Of a stretch of DNA of 53,469 nt, positions 52,598 to 53,469 are shown in pieces. The stretch's first letter is position 1; every line of letters begins with the position of its first letter. The notes under the pieces were generated by a model that saw only the letters and a list, made by a program, of their open reading frames with translations, was not told the DNA's origin and did not search any database. Source of the DNA: Candidatus Fermentithermobacillaceae bacterium UBA3907. Its GTDB lineage: Bacteria > Bacillota > Sulfobacillia > Fermentithermobacillales > Fermentithermobacillaceae. The position numbers and the translations under genes were made by a program. The stretch spans positions 653 to 54,121 of the forward strand of contig DGFF01000068.1 in assembly GCA_002391545.1 (NCBI GenBank). Direction: 5' to 3'.

Positions 52598-53469
52598 ATG
52601 GAACCTGGATACAGCCTGGAACTTGTACAAACTCAAAAACTCGTCCTCACGCCCGAACTGCGTCAGGCCATAATGATTTTGCAGATGAACGTCGAGGAAC
52701 TCGCCCAGCTGATTTTGCAAGAGATCGAAGAAAATCCTCTTTTGGACATTGCAGATGAAAGAAGGGAAGATGTTACGCTTACACCTTCTATTGAAGAAGA
52801 TCATGATGAGGAATGGATCGCCTACTTCGCAGATTCATCTGACTTGGGTATCAGCCAAGGGGTGTCGAAAAATACCAGAGAGTGGCTTGGGCTTTCCCAT
52901 CAAAGCGTATTTCTAAGAGAAGGTAGCGTATGGGACGCTCTTATGTCCCAATTAGCGCTTTTGGATTTGAGCGCCGAAGATCTTGAACTTGCTCAGTTTA
53001 TAGTTGGAAACATTGATGATAACGGTTACTTGAGGTGTTCCGTTTCTGAGATATCTATGACCTTGTCTAGAAGCCCTGCAGAGGTTGACTCCATGATTAG
53101 GACAATTCAAAGCCTTGAACCTCCAGGTATTTGCGGGAGAGACTTGAGGGAATGTCTTGAACTGCAGGCTTTATCCAAGGGATTGGGGGATCTGGAGTTA
53201 AGCATCATACGTGGACATCTTGAAGATTTAGCTGGGGCGAGATACAGCAAGATCGCTCGAGAACAGCAAGCTTCATTAGAAGACGTTTTGCGGGCTAGAG
53301 ATGCTATTTTGGAGTTGGATCCTAAGCCTGGAGCCAGCCTATCTTACTCCAACACCACTTACATAGTGCCTGACATCGTAGTGAAGAAGATAGAAAATGA
53401 TTTCATTGTGATACTCAACGATGCTGCTTTGCCTGCTATAAGGTGGAACCCTGTCTCTTATACACATCT
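52598..53469 (+). CDS. rpoN: RNA polymerase sigma-54 factor, N-terminal ~290 codons (3' end outside the window)
   Basis: It is not in the ORF track because it has no stop in the window. ATG 52598 follows the RBS AGGGAGGGAG. The translation is MEPGYSLELVQTQKLVLTPELRQAIMILQMNVEELAQLILQEIEENPLLD (sigma-54 region I). Later come RYSKIAREQQASLEDVLRARDAILELDPKPGASL and YIVPDIVVKK (core-binding region). Confidence 0.9.
   Translation, partial: MEPGYSLELVQTQKLVLTPELRQAIMILQMNVEELAQLILQEIEENPLLDIADERREDVTLTPSIEEDHDEEWIAYFADSSDLGISQGVSKNTREWLGLSHQSVFLREGSVWDALMSQLALLDLSAEDLELAQFIVGNIDDNGYLRCSVSEISMTLSRSPAEVDSMIRTIQSLEPPGICGRDLRECLELQALSKGLGDLELSIIRGHLEDLAGARYSKIAREQQASLEDVLRARDAILELDPKPGASLSYSNTTYIVPDIVVKKIENDFIVILNDAALPAIRWNPVSYTH

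Noticed and set aside
52544-52804. Short ORFs 52576-52758 (+) and 52544-52804 (-) listed in the track.
   Set aside because: Both are out-of-frame or antisense overlaps of the well-supported rpoN reading frame that starts at 52598.
1-53469. I searched by eye for CRISPR arrays, tRNA/rRNA genes, IS elements, integrases and phage genes.
   Set aside because: No direct-repeat/spacer periodicity was seen. No intergenic gap is large enough for rRNA, no cloverleaf-like tRNA candidates occur in the short gaps, and no transposase- or integrase-like translations are present. MazEF is at its conserved chromosomal position after acpS, not on a mobile element.

Overview
The window is a 53.5 kb chromosomal segment from a Firmicutes/Clostridia-like bacterium, judged from its synteny. 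It is densely coding, and I saw no rRNA, tRNA, CRISPR array, transposase or integrase. The housekeeping blocks are uvrB(partial)-uvrA-uvrC, rapZ-yvcK-whiA (minus strand), cdaA-cdaR-glmM, acpS-nnr-mazEF, tsaE-tsaB-rimI / tsaD (split by an inverted pyrF), iscR-nifS-nifU (minus strand), and a 5'-partial rpoN at the right edge that is missing from the ORF track. Between these blocks there are many peptide and amino-acid hydrolases: C69, an S12 beta-lactamase fold, a D-Cys-desulfhydrase-like enzyme, C26, S58/DmpA, three tandem M42 peptidases and TldD/PmbA. The most unusual region is about 24.8-33.7 kb. It holds two tandem paralogous two-gene modules. Each module has a roughly 630-aa GlmL/MutL-like ASKHA ATPase, a family known as the accessory protein of B12-dependent glutamate mutase. 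Each also has a 375-452-aa partner built from barrel-sandwich (lipoyl-like) repeats, a Rossmann-like core and a KOW-like tail, which I cannot assign to a named family. No B12 enzyme is present in the window. Small membrane proteins with Lys-rich tails and a four-cysteine protein (GYPACC...FFPCQPDC) flank these modules. Other notable items are an HprK-like P-loop::Asp23 fusion coupled to a TPR gene just upstream of rpoN, an archaeal-type cupin PGI gene pair, a DUF2089/SHOCT/DUF4097 cluster, and an 11-bp perfect inverted repeat over the iscR promoter. All calls rest on reading the translated ORFs and DNA by eye. No database search was run.
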